A stretch of DNA of 64,000 nucleotides from a virus: IMG/VR virus record IMGVR_UViG_3300021185_003522, positions 1 to 64,000 of that record; one strand, written 5' to 3'. This document shows positions 47,853 to 59,600 of the stretch, piece after piece (the first letter of the stretch is position 1; each line of letters begins with the position of its first letter). Under the pieces are notes generated by a model. It was not told the DNA's origin and did not search any database. It worked only from the letters and a program-made list of their open reading frames with translations. The translations under genes and the position numbers were made by a program.

Positions 47853-48225
47853 TCTTTCTATACTCTCCTGAGAATGGTGTAAAATCAGTACCGCCAGCAA
47901 TTACGCAGGCAACGTTAAAGCCATTAACTTTTTGATAACTGAAAATGGTAAATGTCCTTGTTTTTGGATTCACATACATAAGCAAATCAACAGTGACCAT
48001 ATCAGGTTTCATAAGTGGTTTAATTGCAAATACTCCACTTGCAAACTCTTGTTCGCCATGCTTGTTTACTATATCTGAAAGATAGTCAATGCCTTGCTCA
48101 CTGCATGGTACCTGCATGTTTAACAATAGCTGTGTTCTGTCTGGCTTTGGCTTTGGTTTTGGTATTTCTTGAGCGTTGGTGTTAAATGCGGTAAGCAGTA
48201 ACACCAGTATAATTAGGTGTTTCAT
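47845..48225 (-). CDS. exported hypothetical protein
   Basis: Signal peptide MKHLIILVLLLTAFNTNA; two Cys. Confidence 0.7.
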   Translation of the reverse strand: MKHLIILVLLLTAFNTNAQEIPKPKPKPDRTQLLLNMQVPCSEQGIDYLSDIVNKHGEQEFASGVFAIKPLMKPDMVTVDLLMYVNPKTRTFTIFSYQKVNGFNVACVIAGGTDFTPFSGEYRKND

Positions 48226-48242
48226 TGTTTTTCCAATCTATT

Positions 48243-48590
48243 TTAATCAGCATAATAGGTTTTGACTTTCCATTTTACTGAACTATTAGTATCAACAATC
48301 ATTACATTGTCAACTGCACAAGCAACTCCTTCATTTCCAGGTACTAACTTTCGCCACCGAACTGCATCTATAATGCTTGTCAACTTACCATTTAGTACAA
48401 TGCTATCGTAACGACTTTCAGCATACTGTTGTTTGGTAATCTCAATATAATCACCGTCTAGATCCTCAGTTGAATACTGTAAGGCCTTACCTGTTTGTTT
48501 ATTATAGTATAATTTATATTTTTTGTCAACCTGTTTTACTGGTTTTCCATGTTCTTCAAATATTTTGAAGAAGTCTACTGACTCAGTCAT
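48243..48590 (-). CDS. hypothetical protein
   Basis: 115 aa, operonic. Confidence 0.7.
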   Translation of the reverse strand: MTESVDFFKIFEEHGKPVKQVDKKYKLYYNKQTGKALQYSTEDLDGDYIEITKQQYAESRYDSIVLNGKLTSIIDAVRWRKLVPGNEGVACAVDNVMIVDTNSSVKWKVKTYYAD

Positions 48591-49347
48591 AACAATTCCC
48601 TAGTTCTGTTGCAAGATATTTTTGATGATAATGTACAAACCCATATTGATTATGCCCATTTATACGCATTACACCATTGGCGATTTCCCAGATCAGTTCC
48701 TTGTTCCAATCTTCTGCAGTAGTTCCAAGTATTGCTGGTTTCATATGAACAATCTGTGGGCCATAACCAGGTGTACAATAATTATCTTCGCATAAAGCAT
48801 AAATTAAATCAGTGTTAGCTACTTCATCGTGTCCACCTTGTATTATATCTTTTGCACTATCCCAGTTTTCAAACGTTTTTTGTACTTCTGTAAAAAATTG
48901 TTTTGCTTCAACACTCATACGCCAATACGTAATAGCATTATAAACATCTGTCAATTTATTTTTATCAAATATTTTTCTATACTTTCTTACTTTACTTGGA
49001 ATATTATGAAAGTTTCTACAACCAGTTGATATCCAAACTGGCTTTGTTCTATACAAGTTCCACCAATGATCCACCGGACCGCTTACAATCATATCTGCTT
49101 CTAACTTTACAGTTTCGTGAAAAGGACTAGCGTGAAAAACTTGCCAATCAGTTGTCCATCCACCTGTATTACCATAAGGAAACTGTTTAACATAATCAAA
49201 TAATGCATTAGTGTATTCAACATCAGTGAGTAAACATATTTTTACATCTGGGTGCCAATAACGCAGACTTTTTGCTAGTGTTTCAGCACATACAATATAA
49301 TCTTTACTACCAACTATTAAGTACCCTCTATCTGCTTCATACGGCAT
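48583..49347 (-). CDS. GT-A (GT8-like) glycosyltransferase-like protein
   Basis: LAKSLR...ICLLTD...SPFHETVKLEADM (xAD), IVHMK, VHY. Confidence 0.6.
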   Translation of the reverse strand: MPYEADRGYLIVGSKDYIVCAETLAKSLRYWHPDVKICLLTDVEYTNALFDYVKQFPYGNTGGWTTDWQVFHASPFHETVKLEADMIVSGPVDHWWNLYRTKPVWISTGCRNFHNIPSKVRKYRKIFDKNKLTDVYNAITYWRMSVEAKQFFTEVQKTFENWDSAKDIIQGGHDEVANTDLIYALCEDNYCTPGYGPQIVHMKPAILGTTAEDWNKELIWEIANGVMRINGHNQYGFVHYHQKYLATELGNCYD

Positions 49348-50083
49348 AGAGCTTCTCCAGATATTCTTTGCCCATAATATGCAGGTCGTTGTGTTCAATA
49401 CATAAACGTCTGGTGGTGTGTTCTAACCACCATTTTCCGTCATATGTGACTTTGATTTTTGGGTCAACATTAAATAATGGCCAAGGTATATCACATTGTT
49501 CAGTGCCTGTACCATTACATATGAGTAATGCAATACTCAAAGCAAAATCATTACGGAACTGTCTTGGGTCAAATTCAAATATACTTGCATAATGGTAGTA
49601 ATTCTGCTCAACCATTTTCCAACAGTCAAATACATCATTGCTGAATGTGCTTTTGTCAAAAACAACAACAGTAGCCCACCACATGTGGGTATCTCTAATA
49701 CCAAATTTTTCAATATGTTTATTCTTAAACACAGGTTGAACAGTTTTATGTGCAAAAAAAGACTGGGTAGAGTTAATGCAAGTTAATAAATTACTGCCAT
49801 TCAACATATAGTCGGTATCTAGTATTATAGTTCTTTGATATGGTGTATAATCAAATGCATGACTACGTCTGCCATTGTACCATATTCGTGATTGGTGACG
49901 ATTTTTATTAGTTGGTTTCTCAACAATTACTTGTTGGTCGTATAAATCTGTATCTAGTTTTATATCAGTCACAAGGCTAACTGGAATATTGAGATACCTT
50001 TTAATTCTTTTTGCACATTCATTTGCGAGTAATGTATATTTTACTTCGCTATCAAATGCAAATAGTAAAGCACCAGTGGTCAT
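49337..50083 (-). CDS. GT-A (GT8-like) glycosyltransferase-like protein
   Basis: PVSLVTD...TPYQRTIILDTDY (DxD), FRNDFALS, LHIMGK. Confidence 0.62.
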   Translation of the reverse strand: MTTGALLFAFDSEVKYTLLANECAKRIKRYLNIPVSLVTDIKLDTDLYDQQVIVEKPTNKNRHQSRIWYNGRRSHAFDYTPYQRTIILDTDYMLNGSNLLTCINSTQSFFAHKTVQPVFKNKHIEKFGIRDTHMWWATVVVFDKSTFSNDVFDCWKMVEQNYYHYASIFEFDPRQFRNDFALSIALLICNGTGTEQCDIPWPLFNVDPKIKVTYDGKWWLEHTTRRLCIEHNDLHIMGKEYLEKLYAV

Positions 50084-50382
50084 CTGTTTTGGGACACTGC
50101 GTCGTATTCATCTAGCCAAGCGTTCATTTGTTCTTGCCATAGTTCCATTGCATAATTATACAAAAGTCCTGTATCTACTTTCACAGGCGTATCATAGATA
50201 TCTTGTAGTACTGCTTCGCCGGCACATAGTTTACATATGTTTAAAAGCTCTGGTCCAGCACGCCACATGCCGCCATTGTGTGCAAATATCATTTTTGCTT
50301 GATAGGTTTCTTTTAGCACAAGCCTTGCCTGTTTATGGTCAAATCTTGTACGGATTCTTTGTCTCAAGGATTCTGTGTTCAT
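50080..50382 (-). CDS. hypothetical protein
   Basis: TAAGTA-N5-ATG start at 50382; first gene of the GT/rSAM operon. Confidence 0.7.
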   Translation of the reverse strand: MNTESLRQRIRTRFDHKQARLVLKETYQAKMIFAHNGGMWRAGPELLNICKLCAGEAVLQDIYDTPVKVDTGLLYNYAMELWQEQMNAWLDEYDAVSQNR

Positions 50383-50398
50383 ATTTTTACTTAGCCAC

Positions 50399-50433
50399 AA
50401 AAAAACCCTAGTTAATAAAAACTAGAGTTTTTT
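50399..50433 (-). terminator. rho-independent terminator after structural gene 50454-51407
   Basis: Minus strand AACTCTAG...CTAGGGTT hairpin followed by a T run; an A/T run on both sides suggests it may be bidirectional. Confidence 0.65.
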
Positions 50434-50453
50434 AGGTTTTCTATATTAAAATA

Positions 50454-51407
50454 TTATGACTGTGCCCAACTTGGTGTGTTTTGTGTAATAGTGCCCCAAG
50501 TGTCTGAAATATTTGACGTACTTGGTGGACGTACAGTTGTAATTTGTGATAGTGTTCCATCAACGTTATCCGGTGATGCTGGATCTGGCGGAGTATAGTC
50601 ATCTGATAAGTCTGTGTAAATTGTTAATACTGCACCTGACACACTGTATGAAACTTCAATTTCGTTTGCACCATATGTACCTGATGGTATTTGTTTAAAG
50701 TTTAAACTTGGTGTTCCGTCTAGTGCATAGTAACCTTCAGTTGTTGTAAGCGTAGTTGGTGTACCTGATCCACCTATTTTTGTTAGTCCTGTGTATGCAA
50801 CACTATTAATGGTTTTACTTGCGGCTGCACCTGTAAGTACTAATGTACCTGAAGCAGTTAACAAGTTGGTCCATGTAGTGTTCTGTGTACTTGTAGTACC
50901 ACCTGATCTACTCCATGACAATCTAATTTGTCCACCTGCGTTAAAAAAATATCGTGCAGCATTGGCACTTGCAAAAGTAATTGTTTTTGATAGTGTTGAA
51001 CTAGTATTCCAACCTGATGTTGAACTTGATGTTACAGATGCGTCACTTCCTTCTGCGGCAGCATTGTTTCTGGCATTAAATACTGCGGTAATATTCGCAC
51101 TGAGTGCCGCATATGCACTGATTGTGTCGCCAGCACTTGGAGCACTTATTGCCGTAATAGATGTTCCTTGATGTGATGCTAATGAAGCATTTCTAGCAAC
51201 TAGGTTTGCCCAACTTGTAGCTGATACTGTTGCTCCAGCCGCTACTGCGGGCAACGTACTTGATTGTCCGTAGCCTTTATCGCCTGTACCACTGCCCCAA
51301 ATTGTGTTAATATTTGCAACTGAGTCATCGCCAGAGCCTGCGGCGTTACCTGTAGCGAAAATGTTGTAGTCGTCGTCTACAATGGTGTTGCCTGCTGAAT
51401 ATGTCAT
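50454..51407 (-). CDS. virion structural protein (Ser/Thr/Ala-rich, tail/baseplate-associated)
   Basis: GYGQ and ARYFFNAGGQIR motifs, very S/T/A/G-rich, inside the structural block. Confidence 0.6.
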   Translation of the reverse strand: MTYSAGNTIVDDDYNIFATGNAAGSGDDSVANINTIWGSGTGDKGYGQSSTLPAVAAGATVSATSWANLVARNASLASHQGTSITAISAPSAGDTISAYAALSANITAVFNARNNAAAEGSDASVTSSSTSGWNTSSTLSKTITFASANAARYFFNAGGQIRLSWSRSGGTTSTQNTTWTNLLTASGTLVLTGAAASKTINSVAYTGLTKIGGSGTPTTLTTTEGYYALDGTPSLNFKQIPSGTYGANEIEVSYSVSGAVLTIYTDLSDDYTPPDPASPDNVDGTLSQITTVRPPSTSNISDTWGTITQNTPSWAQS

Positions 51408-51543
51408 CCTAATTTTATCCTTTGTATTAGTATTTCTACGCTATAGTTTACGGCGTTCTCTTACGAGTCAGTTTTTATACCTTAGTTACCCACGTCGTGT
51501 GCTTTTACCATAGCTGGTTATCTTATAATCATATTTATTTTAC

Positions 51544-52896
51544 TTAGACGATCTTCACAATCGCTTCTATACTACCAATTCCTTCGTCTGTTTTGCTCTG
51601 TAGAGCACGGCCAATTACGTTAAAACTTGTAATCTCATCCAAGTTTGCTGATCTTGCAGTTCCGTTTCCGGCACTTACAAGTCTGTCACCTTTAGTAACA
51701 AATCCCATTACGTTAACAGGCACTCTTCCACTCATCGCAATTGGTGGATGTGTAGCATTTGATCCTGCATTGCCGTTCATCAAGTATGCTGGTTGTGTTG
51801 AAACAACACCAAATACTTTAGCACTTAATTCTTCTACGCAAAGTGTAACTTCGTTTACACCGCCTAGTTCGACAATTGTTCCTGGAGAATATTCTGCATC
51901 TGCATGAAAACGCTCAGCCATATCAGCGTATTGTGCTGATGTTGCTTTAGCATGTACTGTGTTAAAAGCAGTTGTTGATGTTCCGATATTTCCAACACCG
52001 TCTGCTTGTAAATTTGTTATATCTCTAACACCTACAGTTGAAGTTGCTCCGTCAATTTGAATTACTGTTGTAGTTACACCACCATCATTTACTGTGAATA
52101 GTGTATCGCCATCTGATGTTTGATTCGAAACATAAACATCTGATCCTGAAACAAACAATCTTCCATCACTATCAGCACCAACATACAATCCTGTATCAGC
52201 AAGTACGCTTATACTTGTGTTGTTACTTGTGGCAGCATCTGATCTCATAAACGAAGTTGAGTTTAGTGTATCTAGTGTGTCAGCATTAGTTGCAGTTCCG
52301 TTAAACACTGCGTTTGATACTGTTGTACTCATGTTCAAACCTGGACCAATCGTAGCAAATCCTGATATAGCTGATGCCGGAGTAAAAGTTGCATCTTTTG
52401 AGAATATACTTACAATTGTATTGTTAACAAACATTTGTACCACAACGTGATCTGTTGCACCGTTATCTGTGATAGTTGTTACAATAGCGCCTGATGTTCC
52501 TTCACCTGATGTAAAAGCAGGACCGATTGTAATAAAACTAGATCCATTATAAACTTTAAGTTGATCGTTTGTTGTATCAAACCATAAATCACCAGCAATA
52601 TTAGAAGTTGGTTGACTAGTTGATGCAGTCGCTGCAGAAATAACTTTAAAAGTTGTTCCGTTGTACACTTTCATCACGTTGTTTGTTTTATCGTACCAAA
52701 GTTGACCTGTTAATGGTGCACCCGGTGCAGATGTGTTTGCGGCATTTTCAAGCAAACGAATGAAGTTCTCATCTAAGAACTCACCGTAACCAGCGTAGTT
52801 TTTTCCTACTAGCGTTTGGCTCGAATCGTTATTGATAGTACCATCCGCAACTACTGCAAAAATTGTACCATCTGTTAGGTTAATGGTATATGACAT
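51544..52896 (-). CDS. tail fibre/baseplate-associated structural protein with C-terminal chaperone-like domain
   Basis: LVGKNYAGYG..ENF, repeated GQLWYD/GDLWFD, AQYADMAE...GVVST.PAYLMN...GRVPV. Confidence 0.7.
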   Translation of the reverse strand: MSYTINLTDGTIFAVVADGTINNDSSQTLVGKNYAGYGEFLDENFIRLLENAANTSAPGAPLTGQLWYDKTNNVMKVYNGTTFKVISAATASTSQPTSNIAGDLWFDTTNDQLKVYNGSSFITIGPAFTSGEGTSGAIVTTITDNGATDHVVVQMFVNNTIVSIFSKDATFTPASAISGFATIGPGLNMSTTVSNAVFNGTATNADTLDTLNSTSFMRSDAATSNNTSISVLADTGLYVGADSDGRLFVSGSDVYVSNQTSDGDTLFTVNDGGVTTTVIQIDGATSTVGVRDITNLQADGVGNIGTSTTAFNTVHAKATSAQYADMAERFHADAEYSPGTIVELGGVNEVTLCVEELSAKVFGVVSTQPAYLMNGNAGSNATHPPIAMSGRVPVNVMGFVTKGDRLVSAGNGTARSANLDEITSFNVIGRALQSKTDEGIGSIEAIVKIV

Positions 52897-52924
52897 TTTG
52901 TTTTACTCCGTTTTCTAAGTGTAT

Positions 52925-53584
52925 TTATGTTGCACTAAGATTAGTTAATGTTTGTATACGAACTGTATAATCAATTTGTATCTGTCTGTTCAATGATTTT
53001 TGAACAGGATGAAAGATAACATGTGTTATCAATCTAAGGTCTGTTGCACTTCCGTTCCAAGTTTTTAATCCTAGTTCATCAAATACATAATCACCGTTAA
53101 AATCTGTTGAATTATCAAATGCTTGTTGCCCTGATGGCTCACCATAATCTAATAAACAACTTACAAGTATATCAGTATAAACTTTACCTGTTGAATGAGT
53201 AACCGTTAAATTATTTCTGCTTGTATCAGTATTTGCTGAGCTATTGTCGTCTACTACTTTTGAGTAGGTTGGATTGTACAAATTAGCATTCTGTCCGGTT
53301 GTGTTTGGTGGCAAGTATGTAATTACACCTGTAGGGTCTACACTGCTACCGCCGTTACCAAATGCCATTTCATAAATTTGCCCGATCGTTTTATTGGCCA
53401 AGCTGTTTGCCAATGCTTCACTGATATTTTCATAATGAATAGCGTTTCTTTTATCAACAATCACTTCTTCCGTGTTTGGATCAAAGATTTTTATGTGCCC
53501 ACTTATAGCAAGTTGTCCAGCTTCATTTGGACGTTTTTCTTCTTCTTGATCCACTATGGCCTCATTGTTTGTTTTTTGTTCCAT
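52925..53584 (-). CDS. virion structural protein (baseplate-associated)
   Basis: GHIKIFD, FGNGG, FDELGL, HPVQKS; lies between structural genes; TAAATA 4 nt upstream. Confidence 0.6.
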   Translation of the reverse strand: MEQKTNNEAIVDQEEEKRPNEAGQLAISGHIKIFDPNTEEVIVDKRNAIHYENISEALANSLANKTIGQIYEMAFGNGGSSVDPTGVITYLPPNTTGQNANLYNPTYSKVVDDNSSANTDTSRNNLTVTHSTGKVYTDILVSCLLDYGEPSGQQAFDNSTDFNGDYVFDELGLKTWNGSATDLRLITHVIFHPVQKSLNRQIQIDYTVRIQTLTNLSAT

Positions 53585-53615
53585 ACTGTATTTACCTTAT
53601 TACTTAACCTGGGTT

Positions 53616-56600
53616 TTAACTCTTTAAGAATTTTACTGCTGGGGTAGTTTGATCTTGCAATGCAATGCCGTTACTTGCAGTATTTGTGCCTTGAGCGTAC
53701 ATAACATTTGCAGTAACCTGGCTAAACCAAACTTCCACATTAGCCTCTGGTGCAGTTGTTAGAGTTATTTCAGTAAACGTACTATCTGTTGCAGTAACAG
53801 TGTAATCTGTGTCTGGTACAAGCACTGTACCAGCAACTGTAACTGTGACTGATTCAGCAAGTTCAGTACTGTCTAATCCAGTTGGTACTATTATACTTGT
53901 TGTAAATCTAGTAGTTGTACCATCACCAACATTTGTTTTATCAGTTGTTGTTTTTTGCTGATATGTACTTGGCAACTGCTCGCCTGGACCAACGTCACTT
54001 GCCTGCGTAGAAATCACATGTGACATTGCACTTGTTCCAGCAACACCCCTACGTAATCCACTAATTGAATTACTACCGGTATCTCTTGTTCTATATGTAA
54101 TTCTTTCTGCACCCACCATTACTTGGCCAAACAGGTTAGCAGATAGATTTGGTTCACTGAGCTTTGTTACATCTGTAAAGTAGATTGTATCTGCATCAGC
54201 AGTTATATCTTGTAATAATTCTGTTGTATTATTTGAATTCAGCCTTAGTAATTTTTGATTTCCTAACATGTCTTGAAATATTCTGAAGTTTAAACTATTA
54301 GGAACTATTGTGTTAGTAAACATTGTAACTACTAAAACATCAGACCCATTTATTGTATTTCTATCTAAAGTTAATGTTGTAATGTTGTTTGTAGAATTAC
54401 TTAAATTATATTCTGTTTGTTGTATGTACACTCCGTTAAGTGTTACAATCAGTCTTTCCGGACTTGTTATAAGTCTACCAAGATTAAAGTCATTTGTATC
54501 AATAGTTGTTCCAATTGTTTTGTCGAACTCCGAACTATCGTATGGTACTTCATCATATGCGTCTCCAGTTGTAACACCACTGGTTGTTGGACCAACAAAT
54601 ACTTTTGTTAATATATTCTGCTGAGCAGTATCGTTGTAGGTAAACACTCCAAAAACTGCATTGGCAGCTGCACCAACACGAAGTTCAATTTGATCTCCCA
54701 TAACAATATAATCTGCTTCAGTAGTTGTGAAAATCTTAATATCACTATTAGCAGGAGGCATACTACCTACAGTAAATTCAATGTATCTATCGCTTGATCC
54801 ATCCCATGCACTTAGGTTATAATCAACTGCGAGGTTTTGTTTTACATTATCAACATATACTAGCATATCGTTATCAGAGACCAATGCTTGATTGCTTATA
54901 CCTGTTGTGCTAATATAATATGGACCTGCACTTGATCCATCACCTGTGTATTCGATACCCTCTGGCGGACGTAATCTTAGTCCTTCGCGATTAACAACTA
55001 GGTTAGCAATGTTTGTACCTTGTAAACTATTTGTTAGAGAATCGAGTAGACTTGATCCATCATATGTCATATATTGTACTAGAGGGGTACTCCAACTATA
55101 CTGTGTTGGTGTTGTTGTTCCTAAAGCAACTATTGTTATCCATGCAGTACTCGGAATTGTTGAACCAAATGTTATTTTAGTAAAAAAACTGCCACTCGCC
55201 GCATAAGTGTAATCTGTGGTAACAACACCATTATTGAAAATAACCATTTGATTAATTTCACTAAATGTAACAGGAATGGTTTGTGTGTTAGATGCAATTT
55301 CTGTACCAGCAAAACTTTCTTTATAAAGTTGCGAACCTCCACCTAATCCAAAAACCTTGACACCAATTGTATTTCCAACTGCACTAGGCATTGTTGCTCC
55401 AAGAGTTACAATTTTGCTGATCCAATTAATTGTATACGCAGTGTTTACTATGGCTTGTCCTGTAGTAAAATCAACAATTTCAATACCAACTGGATGTAGC
55501 ATTGTGTTTGTAAAATCTATTACGGTTCCAGCACCAAGGAACTCAATTGTTGTAGTAGCAATATTAAATCCGTGTCCGTCACTGCTCCAATCACTTCCAG
55601 GGCGTGTATATACTTTTAGATCAAGTGTGTCAAATTCACTGCCTGGAATTAACTCTTCTGGAGCATGCGAACTATATAGGTCGATGAATTCTCCGCCTTC
55701 GACGTTGATGTCTGTTGACCTTGTGCCTAAGTAGGTGTCGGAAAATACACTTTCATATATTACATCTAATATTCCTGGATCATAAGTTGGCAATCCTTCT
55801 GGACCAAAATCAATATTATCAAATGGATTGATATCAAAGTTGCCAACATCATATCCAGTATTTTGATTGAAATCTGGACCTTGAACTTGTACGCCAGGAT
55901 AGTCTATTCCGCTCATTACTTGAGCAAGTTCTCTTCCTGGCTCGTTTGGTTCAGGAGTGTATAGGCCAATAGTTCTGTCTGCACCATCAAGAGTACTTTG
56001 ATCAACTTTTGTATAACTTTCCGGGTCAAATGTCGCACCACTTGTTAAATTTGTGTCAACACTGTATACTTCAGGTAGCGTTGCTGAAACTACACCAACA
56101 GTTGGCACCGGAAATCGAATTAATTGTCCTGCGAGATAAAACGTATTCTCAGTCCAATCCACTACCTTACTAGTATATGTAATTCTGTCGTATGCTATAG
56201 TTGTTGTAAAATCACGCACCTGTTGCGGTTCTAGAACTGCTATTGCAGTTGCGCCAGTGCCATTGCCACCTGTAATACTAATTGTTGGAGTGCTAATATA
56301 TCCACTTCCTTGTGTGATTAAGTTTACTCTTACTAGCACACCAGCAGTATTGACCGTTGCAGTCATTGTTGCTTGTGTTGTTGCATCGCCGGTGATAGTA
56401 ACCTGCGGTGGCACTGTGTACCCTGAACCGCCATTGGTAACTGTTACACTTTTAATTTGTAATTTATAATTGTTAAACCACTGACTCCAAGGAAACGTTT
56501 GCCACACAACACTTGTGCTTGGCAATGCACTTAGCGATTTAGGATTTTCACTATCGTCAAGTATTGGAGAAACAAATTGCCCACGTAGACTATCATAGTA

Positions 56601-59600
56601 GGCTGGAAGATCAAAGTCTGTAATACTACCGTTATAGGTATCCTCGCCTTCATAGCGTAGATTAAATTCTCTTACCTGTACATGGTATGGTTTAACTTCT
56701 TGTATGTATTGACTTACAAAATCCTGATTGTCTCTTCTAAAAATTGGATATTCTATTAGGTCACGTATTTTATGATTTACATCAATAAGACTTGTTTTGA
56801 ACAACCAATCTGGAGCAGCTTGTTCAGTCATAATAAATTCAAACGTTAGTATAAGCAATTCATTTCTAAATTTTTGTAGATCAGTAGTAAAAATTTCTTC
56901 GTTCAGAGCCTTAAGTATTTGACGGGTTTCAATATTTGGTGCTTGATCAAAACGTTGTGCATCAAATACTTCAACATCAAATCCAAAATTTCCATCTGCA
57001 TAATTGTAGACTGTGCTATCAATTGCTATTGTACCATCTTGAAGAAATACTCTTGTCCATTCTGTAGTAGATGTACTATACTGATAAACTTCTTGCTTGC
57101 CAAAACTGTTTGCTTCCACAGTTGCCCATTCACCATTTTTTACATTTGGTAAGGCTAATAAATCACTATAAACTTTTACATCATATGAACTTTCATTTAC
57201 ACTACTATAAGTGGTAAAATCAGCATTTGTTCCGTTCCAATCAATATAACTCCAGTAGAGTTTTGTATCATAGTTTTGTACTCTTGATAACATCAGTGTT
57301 TGATCTGCTTGGACTGTATAGATTGTCCATAATCCTTCTTGTGTACTATCACTAGCAACAAGATATTTGTAACCTACTGCCACCTGTCGCAAATCTTGAT
57401 AGGTAAGCTCGGCATAGGTTAATACACGCTTGTTCCATTCCCCACTTGCAGAAGTTGGCTCAGGCTCTTGGCTGTTCAATAACTTTAAACTTTTGCTATC
57501 AGATATAGGATATAGTTTCATTATTGCATTTGCACGTTTTATATAATTTTCAAGTGCTAGAAATCTGTTTGTGAAGAAGCTCTGTCTAGGTCGAAAACTT
57601 ACTCCATACTTGTCTGCTATACTCAATGTTGCATCTGGTACTAGATTTCCAAGAGTATCCTCTCCGCAAAAACTATCTAAAAATTTTCTGTAGAGTCCAT
57701 CGCCCAAGAAGCTCTTATTATCGCCTACAGTAATTAAATCATATTCACTGTGAACATTGTCATTGTTCGCAATCTTATCAAATTCTATGTGTAAGATTGT
57801 ATCACTAGCTGAAAACAGATTTCTACAATTATACAAACTTACTGTGCTTTGACTTATGGCAGCACTATATGCAACTCCACTTGAACGAGGACTTTCAATG
57901 TATTGTGCAATTCCACTTGCACTCAAAGTCTTATCAGAACTTACCGCAGTTAATCCTTTAACCCAATAGTAGTAATAGGTAACAAATGTTCCTGCACTAT
58001 CAAGCTCACTGGTGATTACATAACTTGTAGTACTGAATACAGTACCGTTGCCTGTGTAGTTTGCTGGTTCAACTGTGTTCTTAGTCCATTGATAAACATC
58101 AACCGACGAACCTGGAAACAGTTGCCCCCAACGTCTGGCTTTGTACTCTATTGTGTCTTGATGATAATCAATAAATCTTACTGTGCTTAAATCCCACCAT
58201 ATTTTGCCAAGATAGCTTGATGTCCATTGTGTACCATAATTATTCACGTCTCCAGTGTTGTATGCCGCTGGATCAATTCCACCTGTGTAGTCAATGTTTG
58301 CTTGTGCAGCTCCTAGTATTTTTCCTTGTAATGGATCTATAAAGTCAAGATAGGTTGTCACTTCGTTGTTGATTTTATTATATGTAAATACACTGTTTAA
58401 CAGTGTAGCATCAACTATTGGTTGCTGGTTGTATCTTATCTTCCATGCTGATTCTTTGTTTGGATTTACAAGTTGTGTGACTCGTCCAAAATCACCTGAA
58501 CTATCATTTAAATCATCGTTAGGAGCACCAACTAATAGTACACCATCATAATAGTCAACTGCACTACCAAACTTATCAAAGCTCATTATACTTGTATCAA
58601 AAATCTGTTGTCCAAACGCAAACTTTCCTGGATTTGTTGCACTTGCATTTGCACTTGGCAGGAAGTTATACGTGTACGCTACACCAGACTGATCCAATGG
58701 ATCAGTAAGAGAAGTACTCTTACTATCAAAGTAAGTTGTATTGCTATCAAAAGTTGTTGGCAAATTAGCAGTGGAATCAGGTGCACCTACGACCAACGTG
58801 GTAGCAGAGTTATCAATTTTAATACTTGTTCCAAAGTGTCCATAATCGTTTGGAATAGGTGCAACAATAGTTTGTGAATATACAATTGGTTTTAACCCAA
58901 GATCTGCAAACGCAGACCCGGCTCCAGGTGCTACTTGTAGTTTTATAAATTCTTCACCTGCTTGTATGTCTACCAGTGTTAGTTGTAATGCTCCGCCTAC
59001 GTTGGTTGCGGTAATGTTTGGTATATCAGCAGTTGTAATATCTGTAACTAGACTATCAACAGTTGTTCCTGTTAATGTCACATAATAATTGTTAATCCTA
59101 ATACTATCAGTAGCAGTCAAGACAGGATTTGTTACAGTGCCTGTAATTGTGCCAAATAATCTTGATTGGTTAATCCATCTGTCAACACTTCCGCCCTCTG
59201 GAACTATTAAACTATCATTTGGTTCTGCAATATATATGCTACAATTTGTTGAACAAACATCAACTACACTTCCAAATTTATAATTTCCGCCAACTGTTGT
59301 AGCATTTACTGTTTGTGCCAATCTAAAAGTATTTGTTTCAATCTCTACTATATCACCAACATTAAGTGTATATGGATTAGTAGAAGTTCCAATTGTAATT
59401 GTAGTTCCACTGTTTGTAAATTGTGCGTCATTTGCATTATCACTTGGTACTAAGTAAGTGCCGTTGACAGTTACCGCTGGCGTTCCAACTGGTGTATCTA
59501 CAGTAGTGAAACTTTGTGTGGTAGTTGATGCAGTTGTTACTTGAAAACGTTCAACGCTTCTATCATAGAAATGAACACTACCTGCATCTGTTGAAGTTAC

